The notes under the pieces are model-generated. The model did not search any database, was not told the DNA's origin, and saw only the letters and a program-made list of their open reading frames with translations. From Salpingoeca rosetta (taxonomy: Eukaryota > Protista > Choanoflagellata): a stretch of DNA of 64,000 bases. This document shows, one piece after another, positions 1 through 12,772 of this stretch (position 1 is its first letter; every line of letters begins with the position of its first letter). The position numbers and the translations under genes are program-made. The DNA lies in the NCBI GenBank assembly GCA_033442325.1, contig JAWQFM010000013.1, positions 1,647,160 through 1,711,159 of the forward strand, in the 5' to 3' direction.

Positions 1-2882
1 GCGCGGGTCTGCCGGTGGCCCGACAAACGACAACGGCAGTGGAGGAGACTCGTCGTACGATTCTGCGGGAGAGGAAACGGGCCACTCATCCCGCGATACA
101 CGCGCTCTCCACACTCGTCACAAACGCAAGCACATGTTCGAGTCGAAACCCGTGCATGTGGATCCATACAGTGCGCTGAGGGCGCGCTGGGAGGAGCAGA
201 TTCGGACGGGCCTGTCGCTTGATGACTGCCGACCAGCGAATGCAGATGCAGTTGTTGTGTTCGAGGTTGTTGATCCGCCAGCCGTGAACATTGCCAGTGT
301 GAAGCCTGCGGCTGCAGGAAGCAAACCAAAGGGGCCTCGGTTCGACCAGGAGTTTACACACGCGGTTGCCTTTCTTGACATGGCGACGCTGCTGGAGTAC
401 CGCCGCAAACAGCAACAGCAGCAGCATGAGGAGGAGGGGGAGAAGGACGGGGGAGAGGAAGAGGAGGAGCAGCAGCAGCGACGGGCGAAAAGGCGTGACC
501 GTCAACAAAGGAGCGGCTCAGGGGACCCAGCTGATGAGGAAGGGCACGAGATGGGGGCGAAGGGGGGCGTCGTCGAACACACGGGTGCAAACGAGCGACA
601 ACCCGCGTCGAGTGGCAGCTCGCAGTCACTGACGCTGCCACATCTGCGGCTGCAGCTCTATCGACTCCACCACCTCACCTGGCTCGAGCGCTTACGGCGC
701 TTTCGCCGACCTAGTGGACCTGCTGGCGCGCTTGACACCGCAGCACAACCGCCGTCATCAACGTCGACGTCATCGCAGTTGCGTGAACCATCACCACTCC
801 CGCTGCGGCCGCTGTCGGCGTTCTACCAGCCGCCACCGGGCATGGAGGCGGAGCGGTTTGGCGGATACCTTGACGTGTCCATTCGAGCAACGCACGACGA
901 CTCGATGGCGACGGCAGCGGCAGCGGCGCACACGGTCGAGCAGCGAGCAGCGGAGGCGCAGCACAACCAGGTGAAGCCAGCACATTTGCCGCTGTGCACA
1001 TCCCCCATGTGATTGTGTGTGTGTGTGAGTGAGTGAGTGTGAGTGAGTGTGAGTGAGTGTGTGAGTGTATGAGTGTGTGTGTGTGTATGAGAGTGTGCGT
1101 GTGTGTGTGTGTGCGTGCGTGTGCTCTCCTGTTTTGTTTTTCTTTGACGCGGTGTTGTATGGCCGTGGCAACCTTCAACAATGCTCATCTGCGCTCATCA
1201 CCATCGTGTTGATCAATTGCTAGGCTGCTGCTGGCGATGGTGGTGACAACAACAGCGACGACGACGATGACGACTGGAACCAGCATCCACTCGAGCGCAT
1301 TCCCGATGACTGGTACGCACGTTGGCCCGTTTTAGCCATGCGTATGTGCCTGTTGTATTGTGACGTTGAGCAGTACCGCCTCGATCACACTCACGAGTTC
1401 GAGGTTGGCACCATGCACACGGCTGTATGCTTCTGTTTGCGTACATCGTTTTGCACGTGTATGTGGATACGTGTGTGTGTGTGTTTGTGTCTTCAGGGAT
1501 CCGCACTGGGATTTGCTCGAATCAGAGGCACGAAAGGTTCCCGCTGTGGTTCACGACCCATTAGTACCAGGCACGCAAATCACGCTCGCACTTGCTCATG
1601 TGTGCCAGTGTGCGTGTGTGTGTGTGCGTGTGTGGGTATTTGTGCGTACGTTGTGTGCGTGTACATTTTGGTTTGTCGCACGTGTGCTGCAATTTGTTCC
1701 CCATGTGTGAGAAGCCGACCTCACTCCGTCTTTACTCTTGACCAAGCACACACACACATGCATACATATACATACATGCACACATGCACACATACACACA
1801 CATGCACGCATATACATACATGCACCCATGCACACATACACACACACACACGCTCACGTGCCCATCACTGCCACCAACCACAATCACCGCTGCTGCGTGT
1901 CCTGTTTTGCCAGACCAATCGGGCGGCTGCCATCGCGTTTCCTTCTCCAACAGCGGTTTTCTCGTCGCAATTGCCGCCCTCGCACGCTTCCCAACGTATG
2001 CTCGGCACCGTGCTGTCAACACGTGGCTGCTTACAGCACGTATCAGCGCAGCCCCACTTGTGTGCATATGTGTGGACATTTGCACATGTTTGTACGCTCA
2101 CCCGCCAATGTGTAGTTCGATCACGTGCACATTTGTGATTATTCACGTCCGTCTGTGTTTCTTCACGTACGCGCTCGTGTATTCTTCATGTGTGTTTGCG
2201 TGTGTGCGGTCGTGTATTCTTTGTGTGTGCGTGTGTGCGCGTGTGTTTGCGTGTGTGATGCCAGCGGTGCGAATCAGGAGAGCGGTGGCGGCGGCGAGGA
2301 CGCGCCGTCAGCCATGAAGGAGCAGCACGTCGTGCACGTGTATGGCGTGAGCGGGGTGAGCCAGCAGCGGCAGCCGTTTCTCATCCAGGAGTACCGCGCG
2401 CACACGGGGATCATCTACAACATTGACTGGTGAGCGCACGCAGCAGACCAAGCGTGCGAGATGGGTGATTGCGAGTGTGGCAACTCGAATACACTCATCA
2501 CTCACTGCCTGCGCACGTGTTCACAGTGCATTCAATCGCCAACATCGACATGGCTAACACAACATTCTCACGTATAACACACACACACGCGCGCGCGCTT
2601 GTGCACCTTCGTTGACGTGTGTGTGCACGCATAGGACACCGGACGACACGTGTTTCCTGACGTGCTCTGCCGATGGCTTTGTGTGCTTGTGGGATGCAGT
2701 GACATTCAGCCCACAGCCGCTGGCGGTGAGGAAGAAACAGGGTGGCACACGCATGCAAGTGATTCTATCGGCCTTTACTTTGAGCTGTAGAGACTGCAAT
2801 GTTCTCGTTCGCCTGTACTCACACGCATGTACAAATCTCGCACACACACACACACACATCTCGCACACACACACACACACAT

Positions 2883-2950
<68 letters not shown>

Positions 2951-5217
2951 TACGCGAAACAATTGGTATTGTGCGACTTGCTGTACACATTGCAGGTGCT
3001 GCCCCATTCGTCATTCGTGTACGACGCACGGTTCCTGCGCACTTCTGCCCATCACGAGCACACACGCGCACGCGAACTGCATACACACCCAGTCGTTGAC
3101 GACAGTGATGGTGAGAGTGCCAGTGATGGCGATGGTCATGGCGGTGGCAGCGATCGTTCCGATCGCGACGGTGGCGGTGTTGTGCCGCTGGAGCCCCCCG
3201 GTCACGTTGGCGGCGTGTTTCGTGCATCGCAGAGACGACGACGACAGCGCCGACGCCATGGTGGCGATGGTCACGGTGGCGGTCACGGTGGACGGAAGCG
3301 GGGAGCACTGGCGCAGCGCGTGAAGCAGCGGCGGCCTGTGGACACACACGCGCTGGCGGAGGCCGTGCAGGTGGTGACGGCAGCGTACGATGGGCTGGTG
3401 CGCGTGTGGGAGCTGAGGGCACAGCGGCAACGCCGGCTCACCCTCTCCCTCGCGCACTCGCTGCGAACAAGCGGACAGCTGGAAGGAGCAGTGGTGTGTG
3501 AAACCAGAGCAGGGGCAACGACAACTCCCGCCATTTCCTCGGATCAGCAACAGCAACAGGGGCAACAGCAGTCGTCAGGTGGACTGGCCACAGCACCGGT
3601 TGCTGCCGTGAACGCGCTCGCCATTGACCGGCGCCACACGCGCGTCTTTGCCGGTGACGCCAGCGGACGCATCTGCGTCTGGCTCGTCGACACGTCATCG
3701 TCACCATCAGCACAATCATCATCACCGCCATCGCAAGTGCTGAGCGGGGCGCGGGAGCTGCGTGACCCGGAGATGCGCGGGTTTGGCGTGACGAGCGTTG
3801 TTCTAGACAGCAGTGAACGCCGTCTCATCTGCCTCTCCCGCGACGCCACCATCCGATTCATCAACCTCACAAACATGCTTGTCGACCAGGTGATTTGTCG
3901 TATGTGTGCAGGGTGTGTGCAGTGTGTGTGTGCGCACGTGTACAGTGTATGTGTTTTGCGTGTGTGTGTGTGTGCAGTATGTGTGTGTGTATGTGCAGTA
4001 TGTGTGTGTGTGCGTGTGTGGTGTGTGTAAATGGCACGAGTTCCATTTCGCGCGGAGTGCAATTGTGCGTACATGTTTCTTCTGTGTTCACCTGTCACCA
4101 CTCCCCTTCCATCACGGTTCTGCAGAAAATCCACGTTGGTGCACGCCAGGTGACGGGAATGGTTCGCTGCTGTCTTTCGCCCTGCGGCCGTCTCCTCTTC
4201 GCAGGTGCGTGCATGCGTGTGTGTGCATGCGTGTGCATGTGAGTGCATGTATGTATGTACGTGCACGCGTGCGTGTGCGTGTGCGTAGGTGTATCTTTAC
4301 GTTTGAACCGTGCATCTCAGCGCACAGAGTCATATCCACTGGCCAACTCAATTCATATGGCTGGTGCACGCTTGTGTGTTCTTGTGGCGTTGTGGGCTGG
4401 GTGTGTTCTCATTGCTGCAGGGGGTGACGATGGACGAGTGCTGTGCTGGTACACGGACACAGGTCTGGCATGCCGCACACAGCCAGCGCTGCCCACAAAG
4501 TAGGGACCTTACCACTGGCTGTGGTAGTGTTATGGCTCATGCTGCTTTCACTTTGAAAGCACCACTCTCGTTCCCCCTATTTACACACACACACACACAT
4601 GCACGCATACACACACGAACAAACGCTCACACCCATACGTTCACCTGTTGACAGCCTGCCGATCATCGACGTTGCGTTCCATCCGCACGACAACATCTTG
4701 GCCGCGTGTGTGTTCGCCTCTCCAGGCGCCGCCTTCTTCCTCTCAACACCACCACGCAGTGAGAGCACACACACACACACACATACACACACACACACAC
4801 ACGCACATACACACACACACACAAGCTCACGCTCATGCACGCATGTTGACTGTTGCTGTTCTTTCCGTGCGCTTGAGACGCAATGCGCGATGCGTTTGAT
4901 TCAACCGCCTCCGCATCACACGCATGTTCATTCAATCCCCATCCTCTCACGCGTGCCTGAATGACTTCAAATGCTGCCCTCATCATCGCACTTCAGAACA
5001 CGCCCACGGCCAACCAGTGCCATCCGCATCTATTCCTTCGTCCCTCCGCCAGTCGCTGCCGCCTGGTCTGCTGGAGAGGTACAGCCACGCAGTCATGAAG
5101 AGGAAGGGAGTGTGGGTGGCAAATGGGCAGGGAGGAAGAGCACGGGTTTGTCACCATCAGGTGTGATGCGAACATCTGCGTCTGTCTCGTCGATGTTCAC
5201 TCATCGATGGCGCTTAT

Positions 5218-5281
<64 letters not shown>

Positions 5282-6257
5282 TGACCAGGAAACCGCCGCC
5301 AATCTTCCTTGAGCCGCCGGCAGCGTCGACTGCCCACGGCGACGCTGATTCGCTGTCGGGAACACAGCAGCACGACCCGCATGAGCTCGCCCGGTACCGG
5401 CAGCTTAAGGAGCAGCATGCAACGCGACTGCTTCGCGACGCCATGGCAACCATCGACGAGCGGTTAGATCAAGTTTGTGTGCTCTGTGTGTGTTCTGTTT
5501 GTGTTTGTTGTCTCTGTCTCTGTCTCTGTCTCTCTCCTATGCTGTGTGCTGTGTGCTTTACATCACCCCACCTCACACCATCCGCCATCCATGCACTTCG
5601 CATCATCAACAGGATCCTGGACCTTCAAGGCGCCGGCCACACCGTCGGTCGCGCGTGGACGGCAGCGGAGACAGCGCCGGCGCGCACGTCGCAGTTTGCG
5701 GCGCCGGCAGCCAGAAGCGACGACGTGAACGAGAGCGTGGATGCAAACGCGACGCGGGCGAATGTGGCAATGGAGATGCAGAGGTTCATGCAGATGGCGC
5801 CAGCGCAAACAATGGGCGACACCTCGACGACAACGGCAGCAGCGACATCGACCACCGCCAGTGGTGATGGTCGTGACGATGACTCTGCGCGGGCGCCACT
5901 CGCTGCAATTCGCCTCCAACCACTGAAGAAAGCAGCCGTAACCACCACCAACACCACATCACCACCACCACCATCGTCATCGTCGTCAACGAGTGGTCGG
6001 CGGCGGCGACAGCGGCCCGTCGGGAAATCGCGCGCATCGCAACGACGCAGCGTCGCAGGCCGTGACGATGGAGCGAAGGGTGATGGTGGTGATGGAGCAA
6101 AGGGTGATGGTGGTGCTGCGCACGACACGACTGCGCCACCGTCGCGTGCCAGTCGACGGAGGCGGCCGGCGGCGCGCAGTCGAGCAGCACGACGCCGCGC
6201 TGGTGGTGGTGAAGATGGAAGGGATGTGACCAAAGCAGACACGATGCACCAACCGCC

Positions 6258-6322
<65 letters not shown>

Positions 6323-6465
6323 GGGGTGAGGGAGGACTGCAGCCACCACCGCCGCCGTCATCATCATCGTCTTCATCGTCCTCGCGTGTGCGTTCACCGA
6401 AGATGCGGCGCTCGCGGTTTGGGGGCGGGATCCAACTGGAGGGAACAGCAGACATCGACCTGTAG
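1..6465 (+). CDS. AHI1: AHI1/Jouberin-like WD40 ciliary transition-zone protein; multi-exon, 5' end lies upstream of the window
   Basis: Exon peptides match AHI1 in order: VVVFEVVD...AVAFL (C2-like region), GGCHRVSFSNSGFLVAIAA, QEYRAHTGIIYNIDW, FLTCSADGFVCLWD, VLPHSSFVYDARF, VVTAAYDGLVRVW, CCLSPCGRLLFAGGDDGRVLCW, LPIIDVAFHPHDNILAACVF. Last exon is low-complexity with poly-Q, stop at 6463-6465. Not all exon boundaries were resolved. Confidence 0.75.
6259..6321 (+). repeat. (CAG)n poly-glutamine tract in the last exon of the AHI1-like gene
   Basis: About 21 perfect CAG units, in frame. Confidence 0.9.
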
Positions 6466-6746
6466 CAGGCGCGGTGTACATGTGCGCGCGCGCGTGCGTG
6501 TGTGTGTGTGTGTGTGCACTCTGTGTGTATAGGTAGTTTACATTGTCTTTGACGCTCACGTTGTACCCTTTTGGGTTTTCCTTCGTGTCCATAAGAGTCG
6601 TGTGCATATGCCTGAGGGCAATGTGAGGTTTGTGCTAACAATTTACGTGTTCGTGTAATGGAAATACAAGACGTTGTTCAAACAACAAAACAACACTACC
6701 CCATACAACCGAACCAGCACCACGTGCGAACGACACATGTCATGGT

Positions 6747-7443
6747 TCATGGAAGTTTCATGTTCACACGAAGACCGCGGCCATCCGGTCCCTGCGTCCA
6801 CGTCACGCTGCAATGCACACACGCACACGCACACACGCACACACACACACACACACACATACACGGATATGAGCCGAGGAACTGAGTAAACGTGCATGTG
6901 AATGCGTGTGGGTTGCGTGCAAGGGAAGATGTGCGTGAGGGCTCAAGGGCATAACCATATTCACGTGGTCTGCGCACCTGGAGTTTGGATCAATGAGCAG
7001 GGAGTCGCCTTGATTCATGCTGTGATCAATGTCATTCACCCGCACCGTGGATGTCCCAGACTACACAGCACAGGCGAATATGTGCATTATGTGCATGTGT
7101 GAGTGGACGCATTGGGCGCAAGCAGCGGCAAACAAACACGTTCAACAATCGAATCGACTGCCGACACAGACCGACAGGCAGACAGACAGACAGACAGACA
7201 CACACACACACGCGCGCGCGCGCACACACAAACGCACGTGTTGCCAGATCCATGTTTGCTGCTGTGTTGGCTCAAACGAGGCCTTGCATCCGTTTCCACA
7301 CGCGTGCACCTGTGGATGGTGGATGAACAGATGAAGTGATGGGACAAACAGCAGCACGCGTGAGCACGACAAGCAGCACGACAACAAACCAACCCATTTC
7401 ACAGGAAAACACAGCATGGCCCAAAGCCCCGTACACACACACA

Positions 7444-7484
<41 letters not shown>

Positions 7485-8559
7485 ACACACACACCGACAC
7501 CACGTCATGGTGGAGCGCACCTGAAATTCTCCCTTTGAGAACATGAGCGTGGGTTTGTCTGCCACGTCATCGGCGTGCTCCTCAAACCACTGCAGTCAAT
7601 ACAGGAGAATTCAAGAGCACGCCAAAGCACAACACAGCACAACACAGCACGTGCGGCCACAGCAGAGATGAGGAGGAATTGCACCTCATCCACCAAATCA
7701 GCGCCAGCAGAAACTCATGCACAAGAACATGCGTATGCACAAACACACACACACACACACACACCTGCTGAAGTGAGAAGGGTGCGTCCACGGTTGTCGT
7801 TGTGTCGATGTTGATGGGAGTTGGGTCAGTCACGTTCTCTGTAGGAGGCGACAAGAGGCGTGAATATGCGATTGGCTTTGCAGAGGAAGATGGCGTGGTT
7901 TGTGTCTGCACCTGCAAAAAAAAAAAAAAAAAAAAAACACGCGAACACAACAAACAGACAGGCGGACACACGTGGAGGCACGCTTGACACGTGCTTGTTA
8001 TACCTTTGGTTGGAGTGTCTGTCTTGTGCTCTTCGCTGGCAAAGAACCTGGGGAAGGCAACAGCAAGAAGCAGCAGCGCCCCGACAACGGCGACGTGAGT
8101 GTGGGACATCTGCAACAAAAGAAGGAGCAGGAGCAGGAGAATGTGGAAAGAGCAAAGTCCATGCACCAGGCAGACACCCGGACAAACTGGCGGAAGAACG
8201 GCGGGACATACAGACGGACAGATAAGCAGGCAGACACAAAACATGCCCGCACCCACACATGCACACACATGCACACACACATACACACACACATATACAC
8301 ACACATGCAACCCCACACGCACACACACGCACACACACGCATGCACGCACTCGTCAATGACGGGCTTGAGCTGTGTGCCGAGGTCGTAGCAGTGGAACCA
8401 GCGTTCCCAGAGCGGCGTGCTGTCGTCCTGTTTGCGGTAGTAGCGGAGTCCATCAAGCTCCTTCTCGCTGCGCTCGCGCTCAATCACCAGCCCAACCGTG
8501 TCCTCAAACCGCTGTGGGGAGTGGGGAATGCGCCCGGGCAGCACAAAAATCTGCAATCG

Positions 8560-8614
<55 letters not shown>

Positions 8615-8694
8615 GGTTGGAGGGCGTGCGAGAAGCGCAAACGCGAGTCATCTGTACATGGTTCCGTCATGTTGCAGAGGAACACACACACAGA

Positions 8695-8737
<43 letters not shown>

Positions 8738-9465
8738 ACAGACATACACACAGACATACACAAACACAAGCAAAAGCAGCGCGGGTGGCACCTCTCCCTC
8801 CTTGATCTTGACGTCCTTTGGTTTGCCTTGCTCCATGATCTTCAGAACCATGTCTCCCTTGAGCTGGAAGAAGAGCTGCCGTTACCATCGAAGCAGCGCA
8901 GGGGACGAACATGAGTGGCACAGTTGCATGCAGGAAGCAAGTTGTCGTGGCGTAACGGTGTGGTGTGGTGCTAGCAACGAGCACCAACGCAGCCTGCGAG
9001 AGGGGGGGGGAACATGGAGGCGGCAACACTTGCATCCAGTGCCTGCATCCAGGGTTATCACCTCCTCGCCTTCCTCAATGTGGAAGTCCCGGCGGATGTT
9101 TGGTCCACCTACGAACATGATCTTCAACAAGCCATCGCCATGCCTGCTCGCACGCACGCGCACAGCGTATGTGTCACGAAAGTGAGCGGGATGAGTGCTT
9201 CACCACCCACGTGTCAGGAGGCACCGCTGTTTCCTCAACACACTCACACGCACATATTCACGCACACCGCATATATGTATATGTATTCACGCAAACACAG
9301 GTTCACCCACCCACACAAAGCCACCCCCCCACACACACAGTTCCACACACCCACACGCACGCACATACACACACATTCGCTCACGCACATGAGCTTGTTG
9401 CAGACGGGTGGAGCGAAGGATGCCTTGTTCTCCTCCACCCAGCCCTCGATGTTCACCAGTGTCAT
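6747..9465 (-). CDS. HAAO: 3-hydroxyanthranilate 3,4-dioxygenase (kynurenine pathway, de novo NAD+ synthesis); about 10 exons
   Basis: Spliced peptide [108 protein letters not shown]...[30 protein letters not shown]. The Fe ligands (H, E, H) are present. The 3' exons ([30 protein letters not shown]) are less certain. Confidence 0.95.
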
Positions 9466-9753
9466 CTTGGTTGGTTGATTGCTTTTGTCGCGGCGCAAAA
9501 CAGTCAGCGGATGGGGTAATGGTGACTCCAGTTTATGCTGTTGTCGTTGACCTAGAAACATGGTGTACGACTTCAAAGGTTTTTCGGAACTGCCACGACT
9601 CTGGGTCTGGTGGATACGAACAATTGATTCATCGAAATGCGCGATAAGCACAAAGTTGTGACCAACAGTCATAGATTGAGGCAGAATTTTTTTGGCACAC
9701 TTTTTTCTGGTTGGTTTGTCAGTGGAGACAAGCGAGAGCAACGAACAACCAAG
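9466..9753. promoter_or_regulatory. Short divergent (bidirectional) promoter region between HAAO and SSR1
   Basis: The two ATGs face away from each other 288 bp apart, in microsatellite-free sequence. Confidence 0.55.
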
Positions 9754-11711
9754 ATGCAGCTGAAGTGGCTGTCTGTGCTGGCCATCGTGGCACTCCTGCT
9801 CACGCGTGAGTGCTGCTCGCAGTGGGTGGTGGTGCTGGTCCCGCTGGTGTTGGTGCTGGTGCCGAGGGTGTGGAGAAGGCAGAAAGGGTCGATCATTGAG
9901 CTCCACATGTGCATGTATTGGTGCGAGCATGGGTGACTGTGCAAAGAGTGGAGGTTGGGCATGTACGTGTGTTGGTGTTGGTGCTGGTGTTGGTGCTGAT
10001 GTATGTCAACGCTCACATCATTGTCATCATGATCTGTCCAACGTTTGTGTCCTGTGACTTTGTCTGTTGAACGTGCACAGGCCTTCCCCCTTCTTCCCTG
10101 GTTTCTGCAAACGATGACGACACCGTGACTGGCGAGGATGTGGGAGACGACATGGACAACGTCGCCGTCGATGAGGAGGTGTGTGTGTGTGTGTGTGTGA
10201 GTGAATGTGAGAGAGAGTGTGTATGTGCGTGCGTGTGTGTGCGTGTGTGTGTGTACGCGTGATTGTTCTGCTTGGGTGATGCGTTCATGCCACGCCGCAC
10301 CCACTGAGCAGGCGGAGGAGGAAGAGAGCGACATTGATGATTTGGAGCTCGGGCCAACAAAGCTCGTCGACGTGACTGCCATCTTCCCGGATTTTCCAAC
10401 CCTCGGTGCGTGTCACACAGTCGTGGGTGAATACGCGTGCGTGTGTGTGTGTGTGTGTGTGTGTGCGTGTGCGTGGGCAGCAAAACACCTCTTGTCTTGT
10501 CTTTGATGTTGACACGTGTTTGACAGCACTCTCATTTGATGCTGCCAATGCGTGTGTTCACTGTGGCGCAGAGATTCCTGCTGGCGCCATTGTTACCGCC
10601 GTCGTTGGTCTTGACAACAAGGCCGACTCGCCCTTCGTCGTCAGCTCCATTGAGGGATCCCTTGGGTACGCTTGTGTGCTGGCACAAAGAGCAGCGGCGG
10701 TGCACCTCAGACATGTCCGGTTGCTGTCAGTGTTATTCTGAAACCTCCCATGCTGACCACCCATCCTTTCGCTCATTTTCCATGCTTTTTTCTTGCTGCA
10801 TCCTCGCTGTCGTCACAGTGCGCCTTTCGACTACACCCAATCATTCCAGAACGTAAGCGATCGTCCCGTGCCGGCCTTTCATACCTTGTCACCCGCAGCA
10901 GACACACACACACACACGCACACACACACACGCACGCACGCACATACACATGCATCAACATCGTTGCTGTTGTTGTTGATGTTGTTGTTGTTCTCGCCTC
11001 ACGTCCATCCTGCGTTTGCTGTGACTCGATGTGCAGTTCACTGCCATGCCGATTGAGCTGCGCGTGGACGCTGGCCAGCAGGCGACGTTCACCTACAAGT
11101 TCCGCCCCTCGGACCGCTTCGAGCCCCGCGACTTTGCGCTCGCCGTTGTCGTCAACCTCAAGGGTGCGCTGCGCGGTGTCCCTGGTGTCCCTGTGCGCGC
11201 GTGTGCATTTATATGCCTGTTTGTGAAGCTGGTGTATCTGTTTGTGAAGCTGCGTGTACCTGTGTGCCTGTCTACCGATGCATGTGCATGTGCCAGCTTG
11301 GCCTGCTTCTCTGCAACCTGTCTGTGAAACTATTGCGGCACTCCTCCTGCCCTTCTCTCCGCTGCCATCGCGCCACATCTCATTGACACATGCACGTATG
11401 ACTGTGCTGCGCGGGATACAGACCAGAGCGAGGGCCTGTTTGTGAACACCGCGTTCAACCAGACCATCACGCTCACGGACCCCGAGTCTGACGTCTCGTC
11501 CAAGGCCATCTTTGGCTACATCCTGTTTGCTGCTGTTGGCGTGCTCGCGTTCCTGTACAGCCGGCCCAAGCCCGCCACCAAGCCAACCAAGCAGGCAGCG
11601 AAGCGCGTTGAGACGGGCGCAGGCATGGTGCAAGAGGACGAGTGGCTCGCCGATACCAATGTGTACGTATCCTGCATCCAACATGGTTGGTGGTGTTGGT
11701 GGCGCGAGTTG

Positions 11712-11749
<38 letters not shown>

Positions 11750-11961
11750 AGAGGAAAGTGTTTGCTTGTGATGAGTCGTGTGTCTGAGGTATTTATTTGC
11801 TCTGCCGTTGATGCTCGTGATCACTGTTGCTGTCACATCACGGCCTGTGCGCATGTTCGCGCACTCCATTCACGCATGACTCCGCTTGCACATGCATGTC
11901 GACCTTGCATTTATTCAGCGTACAGCCCCGTCGCCGCAAGCGCTCGGAGCGCAAGAACTAG
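9754..11961 (+). CDS. SSR1: Translocon-associated protein subunit alpha (TRAP-alpha); about 8 exons
   Basis: Signal peptide MQLKWLSVLAIVALLLT, then an acidic stretch, then IPAGAIVTAVVGLDNKADSPFVVSSIEGSL, PFDYTQSFQNFTA, QQATFTYKFRPSDRFEPRDFAL, AFNQTITLTDPE, TM AIFGYILFAAVGVLAFLY, VETG...DEWL and a basic tail RRKRSERKN*. Confidence 0.9.
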
Positions 11962-12772
11962 ACCACACACGTGGTGCTATTGGTGTTGTGTTGTTTCGTT
12001 CCCCTCATCATCATCATCATCAACATCATCATTGTTGTGGTTCTGTCTGCACCCACGGCCGTGCGTGTGGTGGATAACCGGGCGAATACTCATGTGAATC
12101 GGTGAACTTGCGGGCGGCTTTCGTGTCTTCCGCAGGTCGCGTGTGCATGCGAGCAAACGTATCTCGCATCACCGCAATGCGCCAGCAATAAACATGACCA
12201 AAGCATGCAGACGTACAGTTGCCACTGGTGAGTGAGCTCAGGGGTGCAGCAGCTGTATGAACAGCAGAGCACGCACTTGCTTTGGCCTTATCCGTTCTCA
12301 CGTCACGTTCACGCAACACCAAACGTTTCGCGCTTCCAAACTGAAAACTGTGGTTTCGTTTATTGGAGGCATGAAGCGACACAGGACCAGCAACCATCAT
12401 CATTTCACACACAGGACAGGACCGGACAGAGAGACAACGCCTCACAACAGCAGGGGGGTTAAGCAGACATCCAAGTGTTTTGCGGTAGGGAGGTGAATAT
12501 ATGTAAACAAAAACAACACCCGTCATGGCTGGCACAGCAGGACAGCAAAGCAAGGAAGGAGGGGTGGTGGTGTTAGGAGGTCAAACAGACAGGTGAATGA
12601 AAAGAAACGCAGATGAACAAAATGGTGCAACAAGCAAGCAAGCAAGCATGGTCATCATCCCGTCATCGTCATCGTCGTCGTCGTCACAGAGAGCAAAGCA
12701 GCAGCCGGCACTGCCTCTGTCGCTGCTGCTGGTGATGCCTCTGCTGTCAGCTGCTGCTGCTACTGCTGCTGC

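Noticed and set aside
6747-9465. Functional link between the NAD+ biosynthesis gene HAAO and the NAD+-consuming cluster
   Set aside because: They are about 34 kb and six unrelated genes apart. Nothing suggests more than coincidence.
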